Source: Balanoglossus misakiensis (Eukaryota; Animalia; Hemichordata). Taken from it: a DNA stretch of 64,000 nt. Of the stretch, positions 14,112 to 27,463 are shown piece after piece; the first letter of the stretch is position 1; the number at the start of each line of letters is the position of its first letter. The stretch is from the NCBI GenBank assembly GCA_040954595.2, contig CM082578.2:4384831-4448830 (forward strand). The letters run 5' to 3'. The position numbers were made by a program, and so were the translations under genes. The notes below the pieces were generated by a model. It was not told the DNA's origin. It was given only the letters and a program-made list of their open reading frames with translations, and ran no database searches.

Positions 14112-14350
14112 AGGGGCAAAGTCTCTCTCTTCCATCCCGTTTGTAGGATATGAGAGTAAAAATCACGCCAAAATGAATAAATGGTAAACACCGATTATTC
14201 ATTTTTCACTTTCGTGTCTGCAATTGGGATGGAAGTTGTGTGTGGTTGAACGTTGATTCACTATACATCCATATGGAGAATAACATACACGGTGTCTTGT
14301 ATCAAATATAATTAATGGAAAAAGGGCAGCGATAGAGAGACTTTGTCCCT
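14112..14350. mobile_element. TTAA-flanked MITE (Kolobok/piggyBac-type target site)
   Basis: TIRs aggggcaaagtctctct / agagagactttgtccct with TTAA on both sides. Related sequence at 55242-55420 and 57370-57405. Confidence 0.8.
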
Positions 14351-14809
14351 TTAATAAATTGTTTACAGATAATGCTTGTATTGGAACTGATCGTTGCACC
14401 CGCTTTAACGTTCTCAACTTCACCAGAGGGAAAATGTGCTCATCGATGGGTGACGGGAAACCACACCGAGCAGCTTTGGAAGACACGACCCATTAATTTC
14501 GACAAAGTATTGCCATGTGTGTGATGTCAACCAAGCATCGAGAAAAAAGGAACTTTATATTTCAGTTTCTGACACTTCGTATAAGCTGAGAATTTAAATC
14601 AGTAACTACAGGGAGACATCTCTTGAACTCTCAGTTTGGTACTTAGCCACATTTGTAAACTCACACACTGCGCATTGTGAATAAGTTGTTATTTTTGCGT
14701 ATTTTGTTTCTGGATTTTTAATTGTATGTTTGCAAATTTATATGTTCAGAGTTCTTTCGGTGAGAACCGGAATTTTATTTTCTATGCTTTGTTAAGAATT
14801 ATATTGATT

Positions 14810-14931
14810 AAATTTGAAATTTGATTTGATTTGATTTGAGTTGATTTGATTTGATTTGATTTGATTTGATTTGATTTGATTTGATTTGATTTGATTGGAT
14901 TTGATTTGATTTGATTGGATTGGATTGGATT
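14810..14931. repeat. (TTTGA)n pentanucleotide microsatellite
   Basis: Seen directly. Confidence 0.95.
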
Positions 14932-16042
14932 GCCTGTACTTGGAATAAAAGCGTGTTTTAGCGAATAAAGAACCAACTGGTTGTACTGAAAATTCTAAGT
15001 TCAGCAAAAAGGATGCCTCTAATTGAAAGCATCTAGGTCTAACTGCATTTAAATCAAGGTCAAATTTAACTTGAGTGTTTCAAAAGTCAATCCAGCTGTT
15101 TAGCTGATTATATTTGACCACGGAATCATGTGAGCGATTTTGTATTGTCAGCATAACACAGTGCGTACATGTAGTTGGTTGACCGATTTCTGGTGATTTT
15201 AAAACCAGCCTCGAAGAAAGGGGACCTTTTTTCTTTAAATGGTGACACAGTCTATGTCTGCAATCCAGACTCCTTGTGTATATAAGACTAAATATGGTGC
15301 TGGAAATACTTCTTTATCGGTGGTTCGAGGTGATGGGCCAAACCTCGAAATGTCGGTTATATTTACACAAAGCTTGACTTGGTGATAAAAGGAAGATTTA
15401 CCGAGAGATAAATCAAGCTTCCTACAAGTCGCTACCTACAAATGGATTCAATATACGACTGTGTTAAACGTTAGCAACTAAAGAAATTTATCACTCAACT
15501 ATCCGATTCTGACTTCTTCGTTTTAGATTCTGTAACATTTTCATGACCTGTCCGCCCATCCTACAATTTTCCCACGAACTCGGTGCAACTTTTGAATTTT
15601 AGTGATCTCTTTGTATACATTTGTTCAAGTAGATCACTGATCGTCTTCCGGTTGATCCATCGACATTTATATCGACAATAAACTTTTATTTGGAATTTAA
15701 GCGCCCTTTGGTTTTACCTGAAATCTAGTAGTATGATCTAACTAGATGAATATCAACAAGAACAGCGACAATATCTCGCCATTAACGTGATGTTGTTAAC
15801 GAAATTAAAAGTTGCTGATCTATCTCGTGTTTTTCTCTTCGAGCTGGAGTCAAATCTTATAGTTACCATGATGAAACAGAACCGAACATGACCGTGTCAG
15901 TGGCTACGGTCACTTCTATAATCTGATGTACTCATTTATAGTTTATTACACACACCAATAAGACGATGGCGTTGTGAAAAGAATCATCTACTGTTGACGG
16001 TGGTGGATAGAGCTCAAGGTCAATATGTACGATAATGCATTA

Positions 16043-17075
16043 GGGACTGTCCAGAATTTACTTCCAGGGTGGGGCTGGAGGATTTCTTATTTTCCTGGTG
16101 ATTTTTTTCCATGGCCCCCCCCCTTGTAAATTGTGGAGGAAATCTGTGGCCCCCCCCGTAAATTTCCTGTTTTTTTCCATGACCCCCCCCCCAATATATA
16201 CATGCATGCTTACTGGTACAGACTACGACACATACAGTCTGATAAGGCTGCATTTACAAACACCTCTGGAGGGGGGGGGGGAGAATTAAATTTTTTTACC
16301 GTTAATTTTCACATGCCCCCCGTACACAACCCGAAATATTTTCAATCCCCCCCTTCCGAACAGCTATCTATCTTGTAAAAAAAGAAAAACAGCGCTCCCA
16401 TGAAAAGAATTTGAAACTGATGTTTTTCCTCATCAGTGGATATTAAAACTGAACATTGTTTATATTTGTTAAGTATTTGTGTTCTGTGTTGGCAGATATT
16501 GTAAACCGAGAAGTGAAGGGGGTGGGTTTGGGAGGGGGTGTCCCCCTCCCCTGTAAGAAAATTTTATAAAATACAGAGCTCAAAGCTGCATTTTAATGAA
16601 CCCAAAAGCAAATTAAATTTTTATATACATATATGAATGATTGATGAGAAAATTAACGAATTCTAGTCTGGACTTGAATTGAGCTCGTCAACAGTAACAA
16701 CACTGACTGTTCACTGTACATTTATGGTCTGTGCTGGCTGGCCAAATACTGGGCATTTTATTATGCTTCAACAAGAAACTGTAGTAGATATACAAAATAA
16801 CCCACCGTAAAAATTACCGGAAATTCAAGCTTATGAAGATTTAATGCACTTGCGGAGTTCATCTGTCATCCAGGTAGCCATGATGGTTTGTTTCTTATAA
16901 ATCAGTACTTCTGGGCAAATATTGAGTTTGTGAGGGTTTTTTACATGGCCCCCCCCTAAAGAATTGTGATTTTTATGTCTGACCCCCCCTAATTTTTCTT
17001 GGGAAAAATGGGTGGCCCCCCCCCTGAAAATCCTCCAGCCCCCCCCCCCCCTGGAAGTAAATTCTGGACAGTCCC
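16043..17075. mobile_element. Non-autonomous PIF/Harbinger-like element, ~1.03 kb
   Basis: ~40-bp TIRs gggactgtccagaatttacttccaggg... / ...ccctggaagtaaattctggacagtccc with TTA duplicated at 16040-42 and 17076-78. Confidence 0.88.
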
Positions 17076-19163
17076 TTACCCGAAAAAGGAATCCACAAAC
17101 TCCACAACGGTTACCACAGTGTACATGTAATAGAGAATCGACAGTGCAACAGCAGAACCCCGCGACATCGCTGCGCGGTACGGTTTACGGTATTCCCAGG
17201 ACGAACATCAAGTTCAAGGTTACTATCTGCGATAACGAGAAATCCGTGACCCGAACCTGGTTAGTGAAACGGAACCGACCCTTATAATAAGAACAACATC
17301 ACCCACGACATCTCAGCGTGGTACCGTTTCCGCCGCATAGCAACAGCACACGAACACTGACTATCGAGGAAGGGGTGTACTGTCCTTATGCCTGATCATG
17401 GCATTCCTTCATTTGTGCTGAAAAAATGAATCCTCTTCGTCATTTTCTTAGCATTTGGGTTATACTCTGCCTACATGTTTCAGCACACTGCTACAGCACG
17501 CACGCTAGCGTACTTTCCCACCTCCTCCCCGTGCTCAGACTGGCCTTCTGCCGAACTTGTGTAGCCGGGTGCCAAAGACGTGACATGGTTACGCCAGCCC
17601 TGTGCTAAGTAAGAAGAGTGAGGGGATTGACTATCGGTATTTAAGTATTTCATTACGAAGCACAATGCGCGGCTGCATCTCAACTGATCAGACTTTGAAG
17701 GCCGTGCGAGTACGTCAAGCTGTCGAGCTCGTCTGCCGCGCTCGGTCCTAGTCCATTAAACGACGACTCAATGTAGTCTCAGTCCCCCTGGCTTGGATGA
17801 TCGCCAGCTTTCAGGACTCAAATAGATCACAGGGAACGACGGTATTTGAGACGTTTACTATCTGAATTTTCGTGACAGAAAAAAAAGAAGTTCACTGTAC
17901 GCGCCTGTTGGAGTGCGGGTCGCCGATACTTCTCTCCTTCACGGTTACAAGACCTGCGCGCCCTTTCAGAAATCTCCAGGAATGTTGTAGTTCGAGCTTT
18001 TAAGCATGACATAAAATCCTAGGAACGAGGCTGTCGTGCACTGGCAGCAAAAAAAACGCATCTGTTTCATCCATCGGAATGAAGGAGATGTACACTGTAA
18101 AAAGTCTGTGAATTTCAGGTCAAGTGTCCGAAAGTTACTTCTTAAACAATGCTTCTATTGTATTGGCACATGCGTAGTTAGTCTGATGGCCAAAGTCAAC
18201 ACACAGTGCTATAATGGGTGGAACAGCTCATGTAAGGGGAGAACATTTGATACTTAAGGAACGGGAAGAAAATGTATTCTATATGTACATGAAGGGTTTT
18301 ATATGAAAAGCAATGAACTAGTCTGAGCGTTATGTCTTATCCATATATGCATGTTTCAATATCTGCGATGATGATTTATTCTGATTAAAACCCGAGTGGT
18401 GGATAAAGTTTTTGAAAATCCTCCGCCCACATTTTAACGAATGGGTCTCCCCTACAAAGTTAGTGCGACCAACAATGATTTAACAAAAAGGCACTGGTTA
18501 GGATGACTTAAGCTTCCATGGGTGTAATTGCAAACACATTGACATGACTGGTAGAATCAAGTGCAAGCTATATATCGGCTGGTGTCGTTGGTGTCGTCAC
18601 ATCGCCGCTCTTTACCCTTGTCTGAAAATATATCATCTTTCCGAGTCTAAAAAACGTGGCAAAATGGACCTGAAACGCCATTTCTGCAATTCCCTCTGCG
18701 TGTACCCCATTGACAAAGAGCAAAGGCCTATTCAAAGGTTATCTGAAAGCCCACGTCTGAGTTTTTTTAGCGATCATAAACTGGCCATGAAGTTTCTTGT
18801 AACACAGACCTGTTCGCTTGTATCATCTGAGGAATGTCTTTCAATGTGAGCTTCCCATATCAGGGTATACAAGTAGCTGTGCAAGTCGTTGCACTTTTTC
18901 TGCGCGTGATCCTCGCCAATATATCATCCGTGTCGCTCGGGCCAAGTTACCGCCATCTCTCGTAAACTGCATTTCTCCGAACTTGCAATTGGATAATAAA
19001 TTACAAGTAGAAAAATCCGACGCACACTGTCGCTATGTTTTGGGAACTTGAGCGGAATTGTACAGAAAAAATGGTAAATGACTTTGTATTGAAACTTACT
19101 AAAACTAGAAACAGCCAAAATAACTTTAGAACTTGACGTTACCTTTTCCATATATGCAGCCAA

Positions 19164-19282
19164 GGGAGCGTTCAGTAATTACGAGGGGGGATGGGCCGGG
19201 GGAATCAAGGGGTGGGTCACTTTTTACAGTCCAGGTGTACGCTGAATCCCCCGGTCCACCCCTGTAATTACTTAAGGCTCCC
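19164..19282. mobile_element. Small Harbinger-like MITE (119 bp)
   Basis: Imperfect TIRs gggagcgttcagtaattac / gtaattacttaaggctccc, flanks caa/taa. Confidence 0.6.
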
Positions 19283-20121
19283 TAATACAGTTTTCGCGAA
19301 TTCAAAGTAAGAGTCTGGCTGACAAACCGCAATCGTGAACATCGAGGGAATTAGTTGGCATTTCAATCGATATAGACGATCTTATTGCACACAAAACCAC
19401 CTGTGCTCGCGTCAAAATCGCATCAGATGCACACTTCAAGTCCAATCAGTACATGTGTCTACCCAGTTCTAAAGTATGCCGCTGACTATGAAATAACCCA
19501 CCGAAACACTCGCGCGAAAAAAGTTGATCCCCTCTTTAAAATACCACATGTAATTTCTGTCGTTTTCGTTTACAGCGTGTAATGCGACCGGCAACATTCC
19601 CGACCGCTGATTTTTTTTCCTTTTATCAAATGTCAAGGGACAACGCGGCCCACGTTCGAATGACAAATTGCTACGACCACGAGAAATTAATTACACCATG
19701 ACTAATGCTGAGTGCAAAGTCCATGTATGTAGACGTTTATCTGCCAACCGTGAGTGACCCACATCTAGGGTCATCATTTGCATCAAGTAAACGCCAGGGA
19801 TGTAGGGCCGAAAAGTTCTGATAGAACTGTTTGGGATTTGCACTATTTCCAGCAATGTGTGCCGCGCACTCCTGTCCAAATATCGGAAGTCGGGATATTA
19901 GCCCCAATCTAATTCCAGTGTGCATATACAGGCGCATGTACTTAAGTAAACAGGCGCGTTAAAATATTTACAGTTTCAGAAAGAAATGTTATAATAATCA
20001 AATTCGTTGTCATTTAATGGAAAAACATATATGCTAAGATCAAGCACGATGTGCTGATATCTGAAGAACTTTTTAAAAGTCCTGTGATCATGTCAGACTA
20101 ATATTCCTGATGTCAGATTAA

Positions 20122-20420
20122 GGTGGTCTGTGCCTCGAAAATCAGTCCTAAACTTTTTGTCATTTTTTGCTCAAATCAACTTACACAATTGGAGATCACC
20201 GTGTACAACATTTTGAAAACACCTTGGTTTTGAAATTTAAAATGGCCGCCAATCTCTACGTTACCTCTATTGAGACACTTTAATTAGTTTTCTGTATGAT
20301 AAACACCCTGTCTACTTCTTCTCAAAAAGATTCCCTGCACACGTTAATATAACAAAGAACTGATTTTTTGAAGATTATCTTTAGTAAGAAAGAAAATCTG
20401 TCCCCGAGGCCCAAACTACC
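20122..20420. mobile_element. Degenerate TTAA-type MITE
   Basis: Imperfect TIRs ggtggtctgtgcctcg / cgaggcccaaactacc, flanks TTAA / TTGA. Confidence 0.5.
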
Positions 20421-23400
20421 TTGACATGGAACAGGACATTTAGGACGAACACGATAATTGTAAATACGCGCCATCCCATACTCAGTCCAGTAAAAGCAAA
20501 AACATCACTGCAAAATCAAGAGTTGATAAATTCAAGCAGATTTTTTACATATAAAGCTGCTTCTAACATTGGATAACCATTCTTGGCTGTGGATAATCGC
20601 TAAGATCCTCTCTGTATACCTAAACAGGAAACTGTCTGTAAAATGTGCAAAAAACAATAATTACCTTCTCGCTTCACCCTATGGACGTGTCCTTCGGTTT
20701 CCCCATGGTCATCAGTTTCCCTGTAATACAAGAATCGGGATGTTTCTTTTATTGCCTCAAAGAAACACATAAAAAACTTTTCATGTGTGTTTTTATACCT
20801 TGATATGAGTAATATATACGGTGTGTATGTGCTTTGTATATATTAACGGGTTTTCAAATGTTGTTTTGCTTGTCTAAATACTGGACACGGAACTGCGGGT
20901 CGCCAGAAATCTCGATAAACCACACTAGGTCACGTTCGTCCACATCACGTGTTGCGTGTAAACCGTCCAGGTCAGACGGGCAAGAATGGAAAAACTGTTT
21001 TGTCGGACCTACATGTATTTATCGCGCAGAGCAGCACCCCCACGTTAAAACGTTACAGCCAGTTGAAACAAAACATTGAGTTTTGTGTGGTAGCGTTGTC
21101 GCAGACATTAAAACGGGCGTTTATGGAAATGTGCCAGGTAGAATATCCGTGATTCTGTAAGTGACTCCGTGGGAATGTTATCGTTAAGATCAGCTGAAGT
21201 GGTGATTCCATCAAATATGGTCATGACCACGCCATGTATGGCAGTCCTGAGTACATCCATTAAACTTTATAGAGGATCTAAATATAAGAATTTCATAACA
21301 TTGTCTAGAACAGTTTCTTTTCATTGCTATGAATCATAAAAAGTGTCCTGAAATTCAATATAGACTCAGCCTCGACCGAAACAAAAGAATCGAGGGTCTT
21401 AACAGACTATTGGCAGGCCCATTGTATTTTCTGGTGACGTGGGAGACGTATCTAAGCAACGGCGATGACGCACGACGACATTTATATTTCAGCAAATGCT
21501 GAAGATTTAGAAGTTGACCATTGGCTGTAAACGGCTGTGCTCTGCATATACGTTTTTCCTGTGGCAGTTATATACAATTTTAAACGTTAGGCCACGTGGC
21601 TTGGTCGTGACTTAGAAGGTGGAAAATTACACGATCTTTAACGTCCACTCAATTATTTTTGGTTTTGCACAATTTTGCTGAGTCACACATGCGACTCGGA
21701 CGAAGCCACCGAATGGAAGTGAAATAATCTTTTCTCGCAACACACTTTCAAAGCAGGTAAAATTGGCTACAAATATAAATAAATATTTTTAAGATCAAGT
21801 TTTTGGAAAATCTTACAGGTTTCTTGGTGTGTAAAACCCCAAAATAACTGAACGGGCTTTCTGGCAAATTCCATCAAATATATTATATACATGTACCATA
21901 TAAGCCTTGTGTGCGCTCTCGCGGGGACCTGCAATTATAAATTACAAACGGGACCAAACATTTCACCGCCAACAAAGCATGTTCATTGGACGTTCATCAA
22001 GCTTGCCGCCAAACCTGCCCTATTCTAACAAAATTTCCCGCGTTTGGCTGAGGGTCATGAGCTGAACACAAACATCCGAAAACACGTATTTTAAGGTCAC
22101 CAAATTTTGGCCCTAAATGCCATCAACTTCTAACAGTCGAATTCAACATTATTTCCATTTGGCCTGTAGAGTCAGAAAAGCGGCAAGTCTGTCTTACTCC
22201 ATAGCCAAATTGGATCTATAACGGCGTTGTAAAAACGCACAATTCAACCTGTTACTGTTACGGTTACTGTCAACAGCGCTGTGCACCAGAACCGGCAAAG
22301 TTTGCAACGAAGCCTCCCTGGCCCTTATCTACCCGCCTATGTGCAAAAACACGAACTCTTCATTTCAGTTTATATGGGTGTCTAACAACCATACGGCGTA
22401 ATACACTGTGCAAGTTAAATGCCGGTTTTATCACGGACAGACATGACTCTTGTTATCTTTTCGTAGCCATATAATACAAAAGCCAGATGCATTCGCCTGT
22501 CAACAAACGCAACCAATAATATTAACTGCACGTTGTAAACAACTGCGTGACTTATTCTTGACCTCAGCTCGATGATTTAAAACGAGACAGTGACCGTCAC
22601 TCTGGTTTAGCGTTGGCATGCTGCAGACCATGACCGGATTTTAACTCAGTCGACAGTGATTTTTTATTGTTAACGCCGGTATTTTGCTCGGGAGTGGGGG
22701 ACTGTTTCAGACTCACTGAGCTCAGCTGTTAACTGACGTGATAGCGGAGAATGAACTCACTGTGTCCCATATGTAGAAATCATGCGCAGAAAACAAGTGG
22801 TCAATCTAAATAAATCTTCAATCCGATGTAAGTTCCGGGCAAAATTTATCTTTTTGTTTTCTATAAAAAATGTATTTTCTGTTGTGTTGGTATGATTGAT
22901 CGCAGCAGCTGCTGAAGGGGGTTCTCTCATTTGTCATTTGCAGGCGGACAGACAGACTGTTCAAACAGCAACTGTACAAGAGAATTCCAGTGTTTCGCAC
23001 CAGCGTCTGTCATGGTAGACCCGGTGAATACATGGCACCCGTTGAATAATGCTGGGACAACCGTAAATGCTGAGAATGGCTTGATTTTACCGGTACATGT
23101 TGTCGAAGACCCCACCCCCCCTCACCCAGTTTTCTTCCTGTTGATGTGAAGTCAACGCTATAACAGCGACGGACAAAACAGTTTATGCAGTCTGCCAAGT
23201 CCCCCCCCCCCCGACAACTGAAAATTCAAACAGCGGTGCCTGTGTCCAGTCGTTCAACCTTGCAAAAAGCCGGCCCCGAATTTGCCATATAGGTCTCATA
23301 AGAAGTGAACCTCTCGCTCAAACCAATGATAACTTGTGACGTCAAAGACGCCAGCAGGAGAAGAGATAGTGGGGTCTACCAGTATTTACACAGCCCATCG

Positions 23401-24548
23401 TTGTGTCCAAGAGAGCATCGAAAGTTCGCGACACCAGGGGCAGAACTAAATCATGAAGCGAATGAAATACAGGAATCGGACTAACGTGTCATGACAAATC
23501 ATTAAATCGCCCCGAGGATTTTCGAGCAAAGACAGTTTAACCGATTTGGATCGTCTCAGTCATCCGATAAAAAAGTATTTGAACTGCGTTACACGACGTA
23601 CTACACATCGAAAATGACCAGTCCGTAAGAGCAACTGCACTAGTTCAGAGGGCGCGAATATGTAACACCATCTGTCGTTTATCAAACGTCTCATGATCAA
23701 TTGGTGACAGTTTGAAGGAGGAAATATTTTTAAGCGGAAACTATCATGGCGAATAGACGCGCAAAGTGGGTGAGAGGCAAAGACTTCATCTCTCGTTAGT
23801 TTGGGATGATTTTCTTTTTTTGGACGATCCCGGGGAGGGGGGTGGGGGTTGCTGAAGAAAAGGGGGATTTGTTTTGCCCGGCACCACTCGTCAACTTAAA
23901 AATCAACTAGAACTGTACATTCAGGAAATAGGGTGCAGTGTCCCTTTTGGATGAGACAGCGCAGCGTAGACTGACATCTGCTTAGAATCAGACGGACATG
24001 AAACGTCCTTTACAAAGTCGTCGCCATAAGGTGAAGAAATCAGATACGGATGTTGACAATTAGGAGTTCGTCGCGTTGGGGCTAAAGTGCTTAGTGTGGA
24101 CCAAAATGACCGAGAAAATCCTAGCCGCTGCTCGTCAATTGTCAAGTTCAAATTTAGCTCGTAATTGACCGCACAGTTTAGTCATTTTCGTGCGGGCCCG
24201 GTCAGTCACAGTGAATGGGGGACACGCGGTGCACGCGGCATGGTTGTGTTCTGACTTAGTCCAGTTACGAATAGACAATATTTTTAAATCAAAGGTGCGT
24301 TAAAAACAAGCAAGACAAGAAACATACTGCGGCCCCGTCCTAGTTGTCTGCTTTGAAATGATATATTTCATGTTGGACTGTCCACTAACAGCACCGAATA
24401 AATCTTTCCGAGTTTTGCAAACATTTTGCTCTTTGATTACTGGAGCAATGGTTTGAACTGGTTCCAAAGCATGAACGTATTTGGCGATCGGCTGCTCCGC
24501 CTCGTACATCACGGAGATTGAGTCGACTATAAAACATGTTGTACTTAC

Positions 24549-24652
24549 GAGATAATCCCGTTTGAAAGTTCTTCAGGCCCACGGTGGACGAAGCACAAGG
24601 AATGTTGAAGTAGATATGTGAACAGTAGAGTGCGGTGGAGAAAGCCTACCAT
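24549..24652 (-). CDS. Candidate first coding exon (signal-peptide-like), possibly of gene A
   Basis: gaagATGG start context, MVGFLHRTLLFTYLLQHSLCFVHRGPEELSNGII, perfect gtaagt donor. It ends in phase 2, so at least one unidentified exon is needed to join the phase-1 exon at 10683. Confidence 0.45.
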
Positions 24653-24972
24653 CTTCGCAGCAACGTGTGGGACTCGGAGTCACAGAGAGAAAGCGCCGGT
24701 CACCGATCTGTGTTTCTGCACTACACCGAGAACTAAACCTGAACTTGAATGACTATGCGTGTTCAGTACCTCATCCAAGCACAGATGAAATCCGTCGACG
24801 GTTGGACTAACGATGAAAAACAAGACAAAAAAGGACTAAGAGAAAAAAAATTGGATGTGACTTTCCAGTATGGTCGCCTTGCTGACGTACCGGTTAGCGG
24901 TATGTCTGTAGCAAGTTCGGCCAGGCTCGGAAAGTCAAGCCAAAGTGAGCCCTGGTTCGGACTAGGGCGTGC

Positions 24973-24979
24973 TTTTATA
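24973..24979 (-). promoter_or_regulatory. Candidate TATA box (TATAAAA) upstream of the putative signal-peptide exon
   Basis: gTATAAAAgc on the minus strand, ~320 nt upstream of the ATG at 24652. Confidence 0.3.
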
Positions 24980-27373
24980 CCGATGTGGTCACCCCTGCGT
25001 TTAGTACAGAAAGTATAAAATAAACGACTTGGAAAATGCTACTGCCCAACATGCTGCGCTGCACGCCTAATTTCAAAGGCAGCTCCCTCTCACAAGAGCC
25101 GACTGCCGGACACGTCATGCTTACCCATCATTCGCTGACCGGTCAACTTTTATGTTCGTCTATGGGAATTTTCAACACATCTGATAGAGGGGCAAAGGCG
25201 TGCCGGAGTACCGATAAATCTCGTCTGAATGCCCCAGACGGTTGCTTAAAATAACGATGCTAATTGGACTTTGGGGGAAATGAAGGGATGGGGCATGATC
25301 AATCCACATTATGTGTTGCGTTTTCGGAGAGCAGACTTCCCCGGCGTTGCTGTCGGTCTGTATATAGTATGGCCCCCATGGTGAATAATTCGCACATATT
25401 AAAGTCCCAGTAACTCTTACTTTTGGCTATTTTTTTCAATTTTTTTTGCGTATGTATAAACTCCGGTTCTTTGTTCTAAAGCTTTGAATACAATGTATGT
25501 TCAGTTTTTACCTTCTCACATAATATGAATAATTCTTATTGCTGACAAATTAATTCAAGTCTGGAGTTGAGTTCAATTTTCAACCATTACAATGCTGATT
25601 ACTACAAATAGGGTTGTGTGAAGAACAATATACAGAGAATCTAACACGAGCAGGGAAATACCATTATCACCATTTGCTAATAGTCATGCTCAAAAATGGA
25701 CCCGGCGACTGAAAAAAAAAACTTTCCCAATTCTCCGGTCTGGAAAATAAGTGACTGTTTTCTCGACAAATCAGAGAACAAATAATTAAGTAAGATAAGT
25801 TATTTTGCATGCCATTTCGTTCCAAATTTCCCAAAATTCCAAATAAACGCCGATATTGCAGTGAGGAAATAGCTGATTGTTCTGTTTTTTTCTTTCTAAA
25901 TCTTCGAAACAAGACCTTCCGGATTGCCATTTAAAGTTTACGCGGGATTTCGCACAAAATTACGTAAGCAGAACAGAAACGTTTAACTTTATTGGTTGCT
26001 TGTTTCCGATTCAAGGACGCGGCACCGACATTTAACCATTAAAGCACGTGCAACACGTTGCTAAAGTCCTTTCAAGTTGTGTCTATCCCGACATGCATCT
26101 GGGAGGCAAGTAGCGTCAGATTGTACAGTAGCGCCTATTCAGGCCGCCTATTGGCGGAGACCACTTTATTCGTGTTTGAATACCGAACTTGGTCTGTCTG
26201 TCTGTCTGTTCAATTCTACTCTCTTTCTCTCAAATCGCGATATATTGACGACATATACGGACACCCAGGTACCTTCACAGACACAAACAGTAAAATAGAA
26301 ATCTTTGGTTTCTGAAATTCAAGTAGATATTCCATACAACTTGACATATCTTGATGCGATTGGTAACGGGTCTCAATGAAATTGAAAATAAATTACACGC
26401 GGGTGCAATTATTTTCGAATTGTCCAATCACGTCCATTCCGCAAATCGGCTTGATAGGTAGGTGACAAGATCGCGCCCACTCTATATTGGGAGAGAGTCA
26501 TGGGTCAAGGAGTCTACCAGACAAATCTCTGATATTTCTCTTAAAGTTTGACTTCTAACCTAGGCTAGGTCTTGGTTTTTGTCAACTATCACGCGTAGTA
26601 TAGTATTCACTCATCCTAAACACGGTCGCTGCACGGTATCGCAAGCACCGAAATTCACTGCATTGCATATACACGACGTGACAAGGTACACGACCCAACA
26701 GCCACTTTGACAACGATTATACCGATGAACGTGCAATAGCTCGTGCACTTCATGTAAACAATCGCACGACTTCGCCGTGGGCCTCCCGTCGGTCACTTGA
26801 CACGATAATTTCCGTCTGTGCATTTCACCTTTCTCACACTTTGAAGTGGCAAACCTGTCCATTCTGACTATAATTTCACAAACAATTGATTTCAGATAAC
26901 ATATTAATTATTATTTCCGGTAAAGCTTTGTAACGTTAAAGGTAACTTAACGTTGAACGACCTTGCAAGTTTTTATCTGTGGCTCCACCGATCCAACTCT
27001 TGACACTCGCTTGGTAGCGCATAGCGGTCGATAACCTGATCTTCATCAGTTCTGCTGCCTACGCCGAACGGACAATACCAGGATATCCTGGGTGTAGCCT
27101 CTGAAGTAAATAGACCTAACTAACTGGGGAAAACAGTGAGAAATACAAGAAAGCCGTCTGATCAAGTGAAACTGGATATACAGGACAGTTTTGTTTTCAA
27201 CTGAAGTCTCGTGCATGTGACACAGCCTAAGAAACATATCAGTTTTTCGGTGAAAACCTACAAAGAAATCATAATACGTCTTCAGCATGAAACTGTATAG
27301 AAAATCTCTATCTGAATTACGATAATCATAGACTTGGTCTTACGGAGTGATACAGGCAACTTCTTTCACGCAT

Positions 27374-27463
27374 GTGATGTGATGTAATGTAATGTAATGT
27401 AATGTAATGTAATGTAATGTAATGTAATGTAATGTAATGTAATGTAATGTAATGTAATGTAAT
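27374..27463. repeat. (ATGTA)n pentanucleotide microsatellite
   Basis: Seen directly. Confidence 0.95.

Noticed and set aside
17426-17608. 60-aa ORF with hydrophobic, Cys-containing sequence resembling a secreted peptide
   Set aside because: No recognisable family, promoter or splice support; expected by chance.
26611-26862. Cys-rich 83-aa ORF
   Set aside because: Cys spacing matches no domain I recognise and there are no convincing splice sites.
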